Shown one piece after another: positions 1 through 8,820 of a stretch of DNA of 64,000 nt. Made by a program: the position numbers and the translations under genes. The DNA is from an uncultured delta proteobacterium (GTDB taxonomy: Bacteria > Myxococcota_A > Polyangia > Fen-1088). Under the pieces are notes generated by a model. The model did not search any database. It had not been told where the DNA came from and saw only the letters and a program-made list of their open reading frames with translations. The stretch covers positions 32,001 to 96,000 of the forward strand of contig CAWCMR010000025.1 of assembly GCA_963796685.1 (NCBI GenBank), given 5' to 3'. Within the stretch, counting starts at the first letter, position 1. Each line of letters starts with the position of its first letter.

Positions 1-342
1 GACGCTGCAAAGACCTGCGCGCGCAGCTCGTTCCGCGTCGCGTGGGCTCCACGTCCACGCGTTGGAAAGGATGGCCACCCGAACCTTCTGCCTGGCCAGG
101 CGCTCGCCGAGCACGTCCCAGTCCGGGCGCAAGGTGGGCTCGCCGCCGGTCAAGGTCACGCGCCCGCAGCGCAGCGCCACCAGCTCGTCGGCCACGCGCA
201 GGCATTCGTCGTGCGATAGCTCGTCCTCCCGAGCTCGCCCGGCCAGCGAGCCGCAATGCCGGCAGCCCATGTTGCACCGGAGGGTGATCTCCCAGCCGCA
301 GGCACGCGGCACGAACCCGATTCGTCGGAATACTTCGAGCAC
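1..342 (-). CDS. Radical SAM (probably SPASM) peptide maturase, PlpX/TIGR03913-like; N-terminal part only, runs off the window edge
   Basis: Manual translation from GTG at 342: MLEVFRRIGFVPRACGWEITLRCNMGCRHCGSLAGRAREDELSHDEC...VTLTGGEPTLRPDW...ILSNA. CxxxCxxC and GGEP motifs present; frame open to base 1; absent from the ORF track. Confidence 0.93.
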   Translation of the reverse strand, partial: MLEVFRRIGFVPRACGWEITLRCNMGCRHCGSLAGRAREDELSHDECLRVADELVALRCGRVTLTGGEPTLRPDWDVLGERLARQKVRVAILSNAWTWSPRDAERAARAGLCSV

Positions 343-345
343 CAG

Positions 346-826
346 CTACGCCTTCTCTGGAGAGGCGGAGGGCGCCGCCGCTGCGTCGGGCGGGGCCGCA
401 GCGTCCGTTTCTGCCCGCTGCATATAGTAGATGTAGACGAGGGGAGGTATCGGAACGTAGGCGTCGGCGGCCGCGTCCGGGACTTGCGTTCCGGCTTCGG
501 ATTCGCCGTCACGGGTCTGGTCGGGGGCAACATCATCTGGCGGGAGCGCGACCAGATAGGGCACGGCCATGAGCGGAAAGTCGTTCGGAGAAGTCGCATC
601 CCTGACCTCCGGCGCCGCCAGCGGAAGGTCCTCGGTCGAAACCTTCGCCACATCCGAGACCTGCGCGGCCGAATCTCCCCCCGCATCGGCGGCTTTGGCG
701 TGCAACGCATGTTGATCGCAGCCGGAAACGCTCAGCCCCAAGCCCACCGACGCGGGCACCACGACATTACGGGCCGTCTTGCGCAAGAATCGCTCGATAC
801 GCTCGCGGAGACTCCTTTTCCTTCAT
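346..826 (-). CDS. Lipoprotein-like candidate precursor of the adjacent radical SAM enzyme (1-bp frameshift near 813)
   Basis: Removing one base after ATG AAG GAA AAG (826) gives MKEKSLRERIERFLRKTARNVVVPASVGLGLSVSGC (lipobox-like), then Asp/Ala/Pro-rich spacers with Tyr cores AVPYLVALP, DAYVPIP and LVYIYYMQ; stop is 3 nt before the rSAM start. Confidence 0.7.
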
Positions 827-1151
827 GGACGGCCTCAGCAAGACATTGTATCTGGTTTCTTTTCGTTGGAGATAGCAGGAACGCCAGCTTCGAGCTCTTG
901 CCAGCCAGTCCAGTGACGAGTGGTTCTGAAACGTCTTCTCACGCCATGCGTCTATCTCGATTCAGCGCACACCGCGGTCGTGGGCTGTCCACCCCAGGAG
1001 TGCAGACGACCCCATCGCGGCTGCATTGGTGTAATTGGTGGGCCGCGGGCCACGCGGGTCGCCGCGATCATCTTCCAGCTACCGCAGAACACGAATCTTC
1101 CTTATCAATCCCCGCACCCGTGCCGTTGCGATATTGAAGGAGACCATCAAC

Positions 1152-1436
1152 ATGAGTGAGTCTGTAGGCAGCGTTACGCAAACCCAAGCGGTAGTTCGGG
1201 CTGCGGATGTCCGCGAAAAGCCCGAACCCAAGCCACAGCCAGTTCCCATCGACATGGTCCAGTTGAGTAGTGCCGCCCAGGCAGCCTTGCGCGAAGTCGT
1301 GGAAACTCCAGCCCAAACCGCCAAGGAAGCCGGCTCGGGCGATATGCTGGCCAAGCGATTGCTCGCCAAGCAGGAAGCCTCCAAGGAAGCCGCTGCCCAA
1401 GAAGAAGCCAAGAACACGAAGCACGTCGTGGCGTAG
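1152..1436 (+). CDS. Hypothetical helical protein
   Basis: ATG preceded by GAAGGAGA; Ala/Glu/Lys-rich, contains DMVQLSSAAQ. Confidence 0.75.
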   Translation: MSESVGSVTQTQAVVRAADVREKPEPKPQPVPIDMVQLSSAAQAALREVVETPAQTAKEAGSGDMLAKRLLAKQEASKEAAAQEEAKNTKHVVA

Positions 1437-1454
1437 CCCTGCCACGCCGGTCGG

Positions 1455-1642
1455 GAAGCTCGACATCCTCAACGCTGCTGCGGACATCCAAGAATCTGCG
1501 AGCTCCACCGTTGAATCATCTCGAACGATTGAGCGGCTCGCTTGAAGGCTACTGGAGCGTCCGCGTCAACGACCAATGGCGGATTGTCTTTCCCTGGAAA
1601 GATGGCTCCGCGATGGACGTCAAGCTGACCGATTACCATTAG
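1455..1642 (+). pseudogene. higB: HigB (RelE/ParE-family) toxin remnant, N-terminus absent, frameshift near 1495
   Basis: KLDILNAAADIQ / LRAPPLNHLERLSGSLEGYWSVRVNDQWRIVFPWKDGSAMDVKLTDYH* matches the HigB C-terminal pattern; directly upstream of higA. Confidence 0.85.
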
Positions 1643-1652
1643 GAGAAGCGAT

Positions 1653-1991
1653 ATGATTCCAAGCAGCCGAACGCCAACCCATCCAGGCGAGATCTTGCGT
1701 GAAGAATTTCTCTCTGAGCTGGGGATTCCGCAGACCGAGTTGGCGGCCAAGCTCGGCATACCAGTCCAGCGCATCAACGAAATCGCCAACGGCAAGAGGG
1801 GCATTACTCCCGATACCGCATGGCTCTTCGCCGCTGCCTTTGGCACGACGCCGGAGTTTTGGATGAACCTGCAGGCTGTCTATGACTTGGCCCGCAACCG
1901 CCCAAGCCGAGCCGTCCCGCGACTGGCTGCGCGGCCCCCTGCCCAACGGACGTCAAAGACGCATGGCCATCGCCGCGCTTCGGCCGCATGA
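1653..1991 (+). CDS. higA: HigA-family antitoxin (XRE HTH)
   Basis: PTHPGEILREEFL...RINEIANGKRGIT...FWMNLQAVYDL; RBS AGGAG. Confidence 0.95.
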   Translation: MIPSSRTPTHPGEILREEFLSELGIPQTELAAKLGIPVQRINEIANGKRGITPDTAWLFAAAFGTTPEFWMNLQAVYDLARNRPSRAVPRLAARPPAQRTSKTHGHRRASAA

Positions 1992-2093
1992 GGTAGGGGT
2001 AGCCAACGCCGGGCGCGGGGCCTACTCTGCAGGTTCGGGATGACCGCGCGAACCTATGACACCTTTGGGCTCGGCTAGCGTCGTGCATGCGGT

Positions 2094-3236
2094 TCAGTGA
2101 ACCGAGGATTGGCCGCCCGCACCGCCAACGCCCGGGACGCCGCTGCCGGTACTCCCGCCTGCCCCGCCCACGCCCCCCGTGGGGGACGGGCTGGCCGGCA
2201 CCAAGGTCCCGGCCGCGTGGCCTTCGATGGCAGCACCCCAGAGCTTTCCGGTGATGAAGTAACGAACGATCAGGCTGTCATCCTGGCGAGTGCCGTCCAG
2301 TCCCTCGACGAAGTCGTTGAGCTTCTCGGTCGAGTAGGCGTGGTAGCGGATCACGAAATGCGCCGGCGTGGCGGGCACAACGTCGTCGTAGGTAACGGTG
2401 CCCTGATCCGCGACGGTACCTGCGTTGCCCGGCGGCAGCTCGTTGGTGTTGCCGGTGAAGCTCACCGTGCGCACGAAGTTCTTGAACATGAACCACCGCA
2501 GTTGGCCACTGCCGTCGAGTGACACCGTCAGATGATCCACGGGCGGCCCGGTGAAGCCGGGGGCAGTCATCTCGACCGGGGCCGACCACAGGCTTGGCTG
2601 GCCAGCGGGCGCGACGGTGGCGGTGGGGTCGCGCTGGTAGATGGTGCCCTGGGCGCTCGACGAGAAGTGTGCGGCGTAGAGGATGCCCTGGGCACTGTAG
2701 ACGATGGCCCAGCCGTCGCCCGCGGCCGTGCCCTCGATCGACTCGACGTAATCGCACTGGCTCCCGGTGCTGACGTAGTGCGAGCTCAAGAGGAAATGGG
2801 TCGCGGTCGGCGCGGGTGAGTCGAGCACCGTGACCTGGTCGTACACAACGGTCTGGTCGGGGCTCAGATCGACCTGCCGCGAGCCGGTAAGCGGGAAGTC
2901 ATGCGGGCCGTCGCCGTAGGTTTTCGGCTGCGCGGGCATGGTCTGCCACGCCATGTAGCGCAGGCCATTGTCGGGACCGAGGCCGATGGTCAGCATGTCC
3001 TGCGGCAGGGTGGCGAAGCCGGGCGCCTGGGCATCGAGCTGTCCCCAGAAGAGGGTTTCCGTAGCGGCCGGCGCCTCGGTAAGCGAAAGCATGGCCAGCG
3101 CCTGGCCGGGCTGGCCGCCAGCCCCCGCTCCGCCGGTTCCCCCGCTGTCGGGTACGATACCCGGGTCAGCGCCCGAACCGCACGCCACCAAGGGCGAATA
3201 GCAAAACACGACGGCCAAAAAGCATTTCGCGCTCAT
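2094..3236 (-). CDS. Hypothetical lipoprotein with two tandem homologous beta-rich domains
   Basis: LVAC lipobox, Gly-rich linkers at both ends, internal duplication (APGF..P.D.LT..L...LR; D[YF]VE..[ED]GT). Confidence 0.8.
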   Translation of the reverse strand: MSAKCFLAVVFCYSPLVACGSGADPGIVPDSGGTGGAGAGGQPGQALAMLSLTEAPAATETLFWGQLDAQAPGFATLPQDMLTIGLGPDNGLRYMAWQTMPAQPKTYGDGPHDFPLTGSRQVDLSPDQTVVYDQVTVLDSPAPTATHFLLSSHYVSTGSQCDYVESIEGTAAGDGWAIVYSAQGILYAAHFSSSAQGTIYQRDPTATVAPAGQPSLWSAPVEMTAPGFTGPPVDHLTVSLDGSGQLRWFMFKNFVRTVSFTGNTNELPPGNAGTVADQGTVTYDDVVPATPAHFVIRYHAYSTEKLNDFVEGLDGTRQDDSLIVRYFITGKLWGAAIEGHAAGTLVPASPSPTGGVGGAGGSTGSGVPGVGGAGGQSSVH

Positions 3237-3586
3237 GGGTCAAGCCTCCCCTTGCCACCCAGCTTTTATCGCTGTTTAGGAAGGATGCCAGGCATGCCCC
3301 CCAAAGTCTCGTGATCTCGCGCACCGGCGGAGACGATCATCGGAAATGGCGCCACGTCCCGATGGCGCGGTCACTCGTCACGTGACAATGGCTTCCACTT
3401 CGAGCCGGACCATTTTCATGTGCGTCCTGCCTTGTTCGTCAACCGGATGAACGCGGAGCAGCTCGCGAGCTACAGACGTTGCTCGCCGAGCTCGCCTTCG
3501 CCCAGGGCTGTGCGTGGAGCATCGTTCCTGGCCAGTAGTCGGATGATTTGCCCAAGATCGCAGCATGACTTTGATAGATTGGACGC

Positions 3587-4147
3587 GTGCAACACCACGC
3601 GGGCTTCGTCGCCATTCTCTTGGTCCTCACGATGCCGCCCGTGAGTAACGCTGAGGAGAATTTCAACGAGCCGATAGAAGGGCCTCCATCCAAACTCCGG
3701 TTCATGGGTAACTTGGGCCTTGCCTCGGTCGTGGGGGAAATCGGTGGCACGCTTACCTACGCCCCAGCTCGAGCCTTCCAGATCGAGCTAGGTGTCGGGC
3801 TCGGAATCACCGGACTTCAATTCTCGGTGATGCCCAAGCTGAGTCTAGGTCATCTCCCAACGTACCACTTGATACTCGGCTTGGGACCGTCTCTTTCGGG
3901 CCTCCAGAAGGACGCTCAGGGCGTCGTCCAGTACTCGGTTTGGCTGAATGGCGAGGTAGGTTACGAGTACCGGTCGCCAACCGGATTCTCCTTTCTCGTT
4001 GCTGGAGGGTTCACGTATGCGCTGGCCAGCGACCAGACCTATGGCTCCTGCCACGTGTATTGCGACAGCGACAAGATCTACCCTGTGAAGCAATTTTCCG
4101 GTTCAGTCTTTCCACAGGGGCGCATCGCCTTTGGTCGGTGGTTCTAA
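3587..4147 (+). CDS. Hypothetical secreted protein, possibly a small outer-membrane beta-barrel
   Basis: Signal peptide, alternating amphipathic strands (GEVGYEYRS..GFSFLVAGGF), C-terminal GRWF. Confidence 0.7.
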   Translation: MQHHAGFVAILLVLTMPPVSNAEENFNEPIEGPPSKLRFMGNLGLASVVGEIGGTLTYAPARAFQIELGVGLGITGLQFSVMPKLSLGHLPTYHLILGLGPSLSGLQKDAQGVVQYSVWLNGEVGYEYRSPTGFSFLVAGGFTYALASDQTYGSCHVYCDSDKIYPVKQFSGSVFPQGRIAFGRWF

Positions 4148-4338
4148 GGGCAAATTTCTGCGAGGCAAGTTGGCACCAGCAGAGCTGGCGGCGGGCCAGG
4201 CGGCACCACGGCCACTGGTGCAGGCTCTGCCGGGGGGATGCTGTACGTGTCGTATCCGCAGCCGGGTGCCAGCAGCGCCGCCAGAACCAGTATCAAGCGC
4301 ACCACGAACCATCGAAGAGGGGGCGACCAAGCTGCCAT
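4144..4338 (-). CDS. Small Pro-rich hypothetical lipoprotein (start uncertain)
   Basis: RLILVLAALLAPGC lipobox-like segment then GYDTYSIPPAEP. Confidence 0.35.
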   Translation of the reverse strand: MAAWSPPLRWFVVRLILVLAALLAPGCGYDTYSIPPAEPAPVAVVPPGPPPALLVPTCLAEICP

Positions 4339-4666
4339 TCCTATCTGTCTCTTCAATTTCCAGGCCAACCACGACGGGATGTCCGGCACGCAAATATCAT
4401 GGAGTCGCAGCCAGACATCCTCGCGGCGGATGCGTTCACCTGCCAAATTCGCATCAGCCACGTGAATCGCCGTCACACTCACGGCGACGACGAACGGAAC
4501 CCGATGTTCCTTCTGGTCGATGGCCTAAACCCGGTCTCGGGCATTTCAGGTGCTACACACGCTCTAACTGCTCTCCACGCACCGCGTATCTCGCGCAACC
4601 AGCTGTTGCGACTGCCGCTTCTCCGAGCTACCGGCTGCCCGAACCGCGTGTCATACTTTGAGCATT

Positions 4667-4915
4667 ATGAGAACAATACGCCGATACTCCAACCGGAAGC
4701 TATACGACACGGAACAAAGCCACTATGTCACGCTGACCGATCTCGCCAAGTTGATCCGAGCTGGCGAGGAGATTCGGGTCACGAGCAAAGACACAGGACA
4801 AGACCTGACCACCGCCACCATGGCCCAGATCATCTTCGAGGAGGTCAAGCAAGGGCAGGCGCTACCGGTGCCAGGTCTCCGGAAAATCATCGTCAGCGGC
4901 CTGCCGGGAGAATAG
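4667..4915 (+). CDS. Stand-alone PhaR-type (PHB/PHA accumulation regulator) DNA-binding domain protein
   Basis: IRRYSNRKLYDTEQSHYVTLTDL...TGQDLT...QIIFEE. Confidence 0.92.
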   Translation: MRTIRRYSNRKLYDTEQSHYVTLTDLAKLIRAGEEIRVTSKDTGQDLTTATMAQIIFEEVKQGQALPVPGLRKIIVSGLPGE

Positions 4916-4939
4916 ATTCGGGCCAATGGGCAGCGAGGA

Positions 4940-5308
4940 CTACGGCGCAACCCAAGTGCCGCCGTTCTGCGCGCAGGTCGATGTTTCTGTGCCGACCGTG
5001 TCGGCATCGCCGGAGTAGTACCAAACCGTCGTGCTGGCGGAGATTCCATCTGTCGTGGTCGTCTTCTTGCAGCCACCGTCCGCGCCATCGTGCGAGCAAA
5101 CGCTCGAGATGACGCCCCCGTTGTTCGTGCAGTCGTTCTGGGCCGTCGTGATCGTCTGGGAAGTGGAGATGTTGGTCCAGACCTCGACGCACGTCTGAGT
5201 GGGTCCAGTGCCTACCGTGCACGCCGTGGTGGTGCTGCCATGGATGACATCACACCCCACGACCAGCAGCAGAGCGAGAAGGACTGCGACACGAGAAAAG
5301 GGGTTCAT
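4940..5308 (-). CDS. Small Cys/Thr-rich lipoprotein
   Basis: RBS GGAGG; VVGC lipobox; paired Cys with CxxNGG repeated twice. Confidence 0.85.
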   Translation of the reverse strand: MNPFSRVAVLLALLLVVGCDVIHGSTTTACTVGTGPTQTCVEVWTNISTSQTITTAQNDCTNNGGVISSVCSHDGADGGCKKTTTTDGISASTTVWYYSGDADTVGTETSTCAQNGGTWVAP

Positions 5309-5412
5309 GGTGCCTCCGAGGTTGGCCATTTCGAGCGCGCATCGCCGCGACCTATTCACGCGCCTTGTCCCACGTTGGAGGGTCGGATGCCGAGCATCCG
5401 TCAAGAAATCCT

Positions 5413-6033
5413 TCACCCCTGTGCGGTCGCCAGGAAGATCGTGAATGGTCGCAAGGTCCCGTCGGCGATGGTCTTCTCCAGGACATAGGCGTCACCGAAC
5501 TCGATGTCCGAGAAGCCGGCAGCGCCAAGAATTCCGGCCAGCTCATTGCGGTCGAAACCATCGTGCATCACATCGGCATGGTCGGCGTGGAACAAGCCGC
5601 CTTCCGAATCGAGATCCGCGATCGCCAGCTGACCACCTCGCCGCAACGCTTTCTTGAAGGCACGGGCAAGACCGAGGGTGTCGCGCACGTGGTGCAAGGC
5701 CATGGAGCTGACGATGATGTCGACGGCCGGCAGCTTCGGCATGGTCTCGCCGGGCAGGCCTTGAACCAACTCGACGTTGGTGATGCGGTTCTGCGAGAGC
5801 TTGTCCCCCAGCGCCCGCAGCATGCCCTCCGATGTGTCGAAGGCGAAGACCTTGCGAACGTGAGGCTGGAACCTCAACGCGATGAGCCCCGTGCCGGTGC
5901 CGAAGTCGAGGAGATCTCGATCCGAGCCAAGCCGCAGAGACCGAGACATTACCTCCGCGATGGCTGCGGCCATCTTCACGCGCGGCTCTTGCTGATCCCA
6001 TTGGCTTGCCTCTTGGTCGAATCGGTTGTTCAT
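5413..6033 (-). CDS. Class I SAM-dependent methyltransferase
   Basis: LLDFGTGTG motif I; DIIVSSMALHH; GGQLAIADL. Confidence 0.95.
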   Translation of the reverse strand: MNNRFDQEASQWDQQEPRVKMAAAIAEVMSRSLRLGSDRDLLDFGTGTGLIALRFQPHVRKVFAFDTSEGMLRALGDKLSQNRITNVELVQGLPGETMPKLPAVDIIVSSMALHHVRDTLGLARAFKKALRRGGQLAIADLDSEGGLFHADHADVMHDGFDRNELAGILGAAGFSDIEFGDAYVLEKTIADGTLRPFTIFLATAQG

Positions 6034-6159
6034 GGCCAAGGTCTACTTTGCGAACGGCGACCGGCGCAATGGCCATCAGCGCGGCGGTGTCGGTGATGAA
6101 GGTTTCCGGTCAGGGCGAGAAAAGTACCCTCGGACAGCGTTCGCGCGTACGATGAAGCT

Positions 6160-7196
6160 GTGGTGAGACCGCTTGCGCGAATCCTGAGCACTGCACTGGT
6201 TGTCCTCGTCTTGATCGGCACCGTGACTGCGAGCCAGGCGGCGGGCGCGCCGGCGAAGGAGAGCGTGGGAGCGGCCCGCGCACACTTCAAGCAAGGACGC
6301 ATGCACTACCAGCTCGGCGAGTACCGCGAGGCGCTCGACGAGTTCAAGGCCGCGTACTTGCTAAAACAGGATGCGTCATTCCTATACAATATCGCGCAGT
6401 GCCACCGGCAGCTCGGGGAGCTGTCGGATGCGGCCAAGATGTACGCGAGCTACTTGCGCGAGGCGCCGGAGGCGCCGAATCGAGCCGAGGTGGAGCGGCA
6501 GATCCGCGAGCTGAAAGTCGCTCTCGATCGGCAGCGACAACAGCAGGAGGAACAGGCAGCGGCGGCAGCGGCTCTCCCCGCACCATCCAAGGTGTCCCCG
6601 ACGGGGGAGATGCCTGCGCCCGTGCCCACCACCGCGGCAACTCCACCTGTGGCTGCTGCGGCGCCGGCCGCACCCACCGCGCCCGCGCCCCGGGTCGAAG
6701 TACCCAAGGACGCGGAGCTGGAGGTGATAGCCCGACCGCCCGAGGCAAACATTCTCGTCAACCATATCTCCGTGGGCATGCACGGCCCAGTCAAGCTGCG
6801 CCTGCCCCCGGGCTGTACTCCGTGGCGCTCGAACGCGAGGGCTTCCGCGGTGCCGAGGGAGCGGTGACGCTGATCGCCGGAGACCACACGTCCGTGGCGG
6901 GCAATCTGGCGCGCGTCAAGACCCATGGCTGGCGCAAGCTGGGGACGACCTTCGTGGTACTGGGTGTGCTCGGCGAAGCCGGTGGCATCGTCGGCCACAT
7001 CCTGGCCAATCGCAGATTCGCCGGCACCGATGAGTTCAATCGCTTCGCCACTATGGAGAAGATCGGTCAGGGAGTGGCCATCGGATCGGCGACGCTGGCC
7101 ATCACCTGCTATGTGCTCGACTGGGCACTCAATCGTGGCAACGTCGATCCGGGTCCGCCCAGCCTGCTTCTTCCCGCATCCCAGGAGACGCCGTGA
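6160..7196 (+). CDS. TPR + PEGA domain secreted protein (frameshift near 6810)
   Basis: ARAHFKQG...LYNIAQCHRQLG TPR, Pro/Ala linker, PEGA domain split at LPPG|LYSVALEREGF in a G/C run. Confidence 0.88.
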
Positions 7197-8701
7197 CCCG
7201 CCGTCCGGTCGCGTTCGCGCTGATCTTTGCCGGGCTCGGCTGCGCCAAGGGCATCCCCCTGCCTGACGCCACCCCGACGGTGACAATTCCGGCGGGCAGG
7301 TACCTCATCGGTGGCACCACCGACGCGTGCAACCCGTCGCAGACCAAGCCTTGCGGAATGGCCGAGCCCGCGCACGCCATCGCGCTCAGCCGATCCTACC
7401 CGATCGATGTCCACGAGGTGACGGTCAGGCAGTACGCCGCCTGCGCAGCCCTGGGCAAGTGCTGCGACGAAGATTCCGGCGACTACGTCAACCAAGGCGA
7501 TCTTCCCGCCCAGGTCACCATCGAAGAGGCGCGCCAGTACTGCCGCTTTCGCAACCTGCGCTTGCCCAGCGAGGCCGAGTGGGAGGTGGCGGCGCGCGTG
7601 AAGGACAACCAGGGCGACATGCAGGTCTATCCTTGGGGCGACCTCCCGCGCGCGTGCGGGGATGTCCCCTCCCTGGATTGCGGTTCCGGCAACAAGCCGT
7701 TGCAGCCGGTGGCCAGCAACCCCATCGACTGCACTCCGCTCGGCGTCTACGACATGGCAGGCAGCGCCCCCGAATGGGTCGAAGACGACTTCGTCTTCTC
7801 CACGGGTTGCCGGTACCTGACCCCGCTGTCGACCCTGTGCTCGAACGACACCGGTTGCGTGACCAGCCAGTGCGCAGGCGGCAACGCCTGCCAAAGCGAG
7901 TGCACGGGAACGACCGACACCATGTACCAGTGTCCGGTGGACGCGTCGAACCCTCCGACGTGTATTCCCACGCCCGCCGCAGAGGCGGTCACCGATCCCC
8001 TCCACGTCACCTACGATCATGCGACCCAGGACCAGGGCACCGACTGCGGTGGCTCAAACCTGGGAACCGGTGGCCCCTCCGCGCGCAACCCGATGCTCAA
8101 GGGCGGCGGCGTGTTCGAGAACCAGTGCCGGCAAAATCCGGCGGGCCGCTACCTGGCGCTCGACAACAATCTCTCGATCAATTCTTCAGGCGATTCGCGG
8201 GCCCGCGCTGGCTTTCGCTGTGTGGGCGGAACCTCTCCGCAGGCCACGCTGACCGCGCGGGTGCAGCTCGCCGGCTCCGTGCAGCCGGCTTGTGGTGTCC
8301 TGTCGATCTCGCAGGCAGGCACCGCGGCCCCGGCGGGATGGGGCTCGCGCATTCAGGTTCTGCTGGCCTCGAGCTACGGCACGGCGCCGATGACATTCGA
8401 CTCGGCCAACTCGCGCTACACCATCGACCTGGCGGACACGCGACTGTTGCCTGCCACCCCTTGCGCTTCGTCGTCGCAGTTTTCCAGCTTCGGTGGCATC
8501 GGCCTGGTGCTCACCAATCTGCCGGTCGGTCGCTTCAATCTGCAGATCCAGTATCCCGGCAAGTCTTCAAGCCAGTATCTTGGCCCCGATGCCGGCGGCT
8601 CTTGCACGGTCAGCTACACACAGACCGTCGATATGTCGAGCGGGGAATCCCCGTGCACGACGAATTTCACCGGCACCAATAGCAATCCGCAGTGCTTGTG
8701 A
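7193..8701 (+). CDS. FGE-sulfatase (SUMF1) domain lipoprotein with Cys-rich insert
   Basis: GLGC lipobox; HEVTVRQY, RLPSEAEWEVAAR, YPWG, GVYDMAG, GFRC; GTGA overlap with the previous gene. Confidence 0.92.
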   Translation: MTRRPVAFALIFAGLGCAKGIPLPDATPTVTIPAGRYLIGGTTDACNPSQTKPCGMAEPAHAIALSRSYPIDVHEVTVRQYAACAALGKCCDEDSGDYVNQGDLPAQVTIEEARQYCRFRNLRLPSEAEWEVAARVKDNQGDMQVYPWGDLPRACGDVPSLDCGSGNKPLQPVASNPIDCTPLGVYDMAGSAPEWVEDDFVFSTGCRYLTPLSTLCSNDTGCVTSQCAGGNACQSECTGTTDTMYQCPVDASNPPTCIPTPAAEAVTDPLHVTYDHATQDQGTDCGGSNLGTGGPSARNPMLKGGGVFENQCRQNPAGRYLALDNNLSINSSGDSRARAGFRCVGGTSPQATLTARVQLAGSVQPACGVLSISQAGTAAPAGWGSRIQVLLASSYGTAPMTFDSANSRYTIDLADTRLLPATPCASSSQFSSFGGIGLVLTNLPVGRFNLQIQYPGKSSSQYLGPDAGGSCTVSYTQTVDMSSGESPCTTNFTGTNSNPQCL

Positions 8702-8820
8702 CCCGCGAGACCGCCCCCTGCGCCGCGTTTCGGGTGGGCGAGCTGCCCGAGGGGAAGCCGGGCTAGTCCATCAGCGGTCTTGTGCACACGAGCACTCTCT
8801 CTGCTATCCCATTGCAGGTG

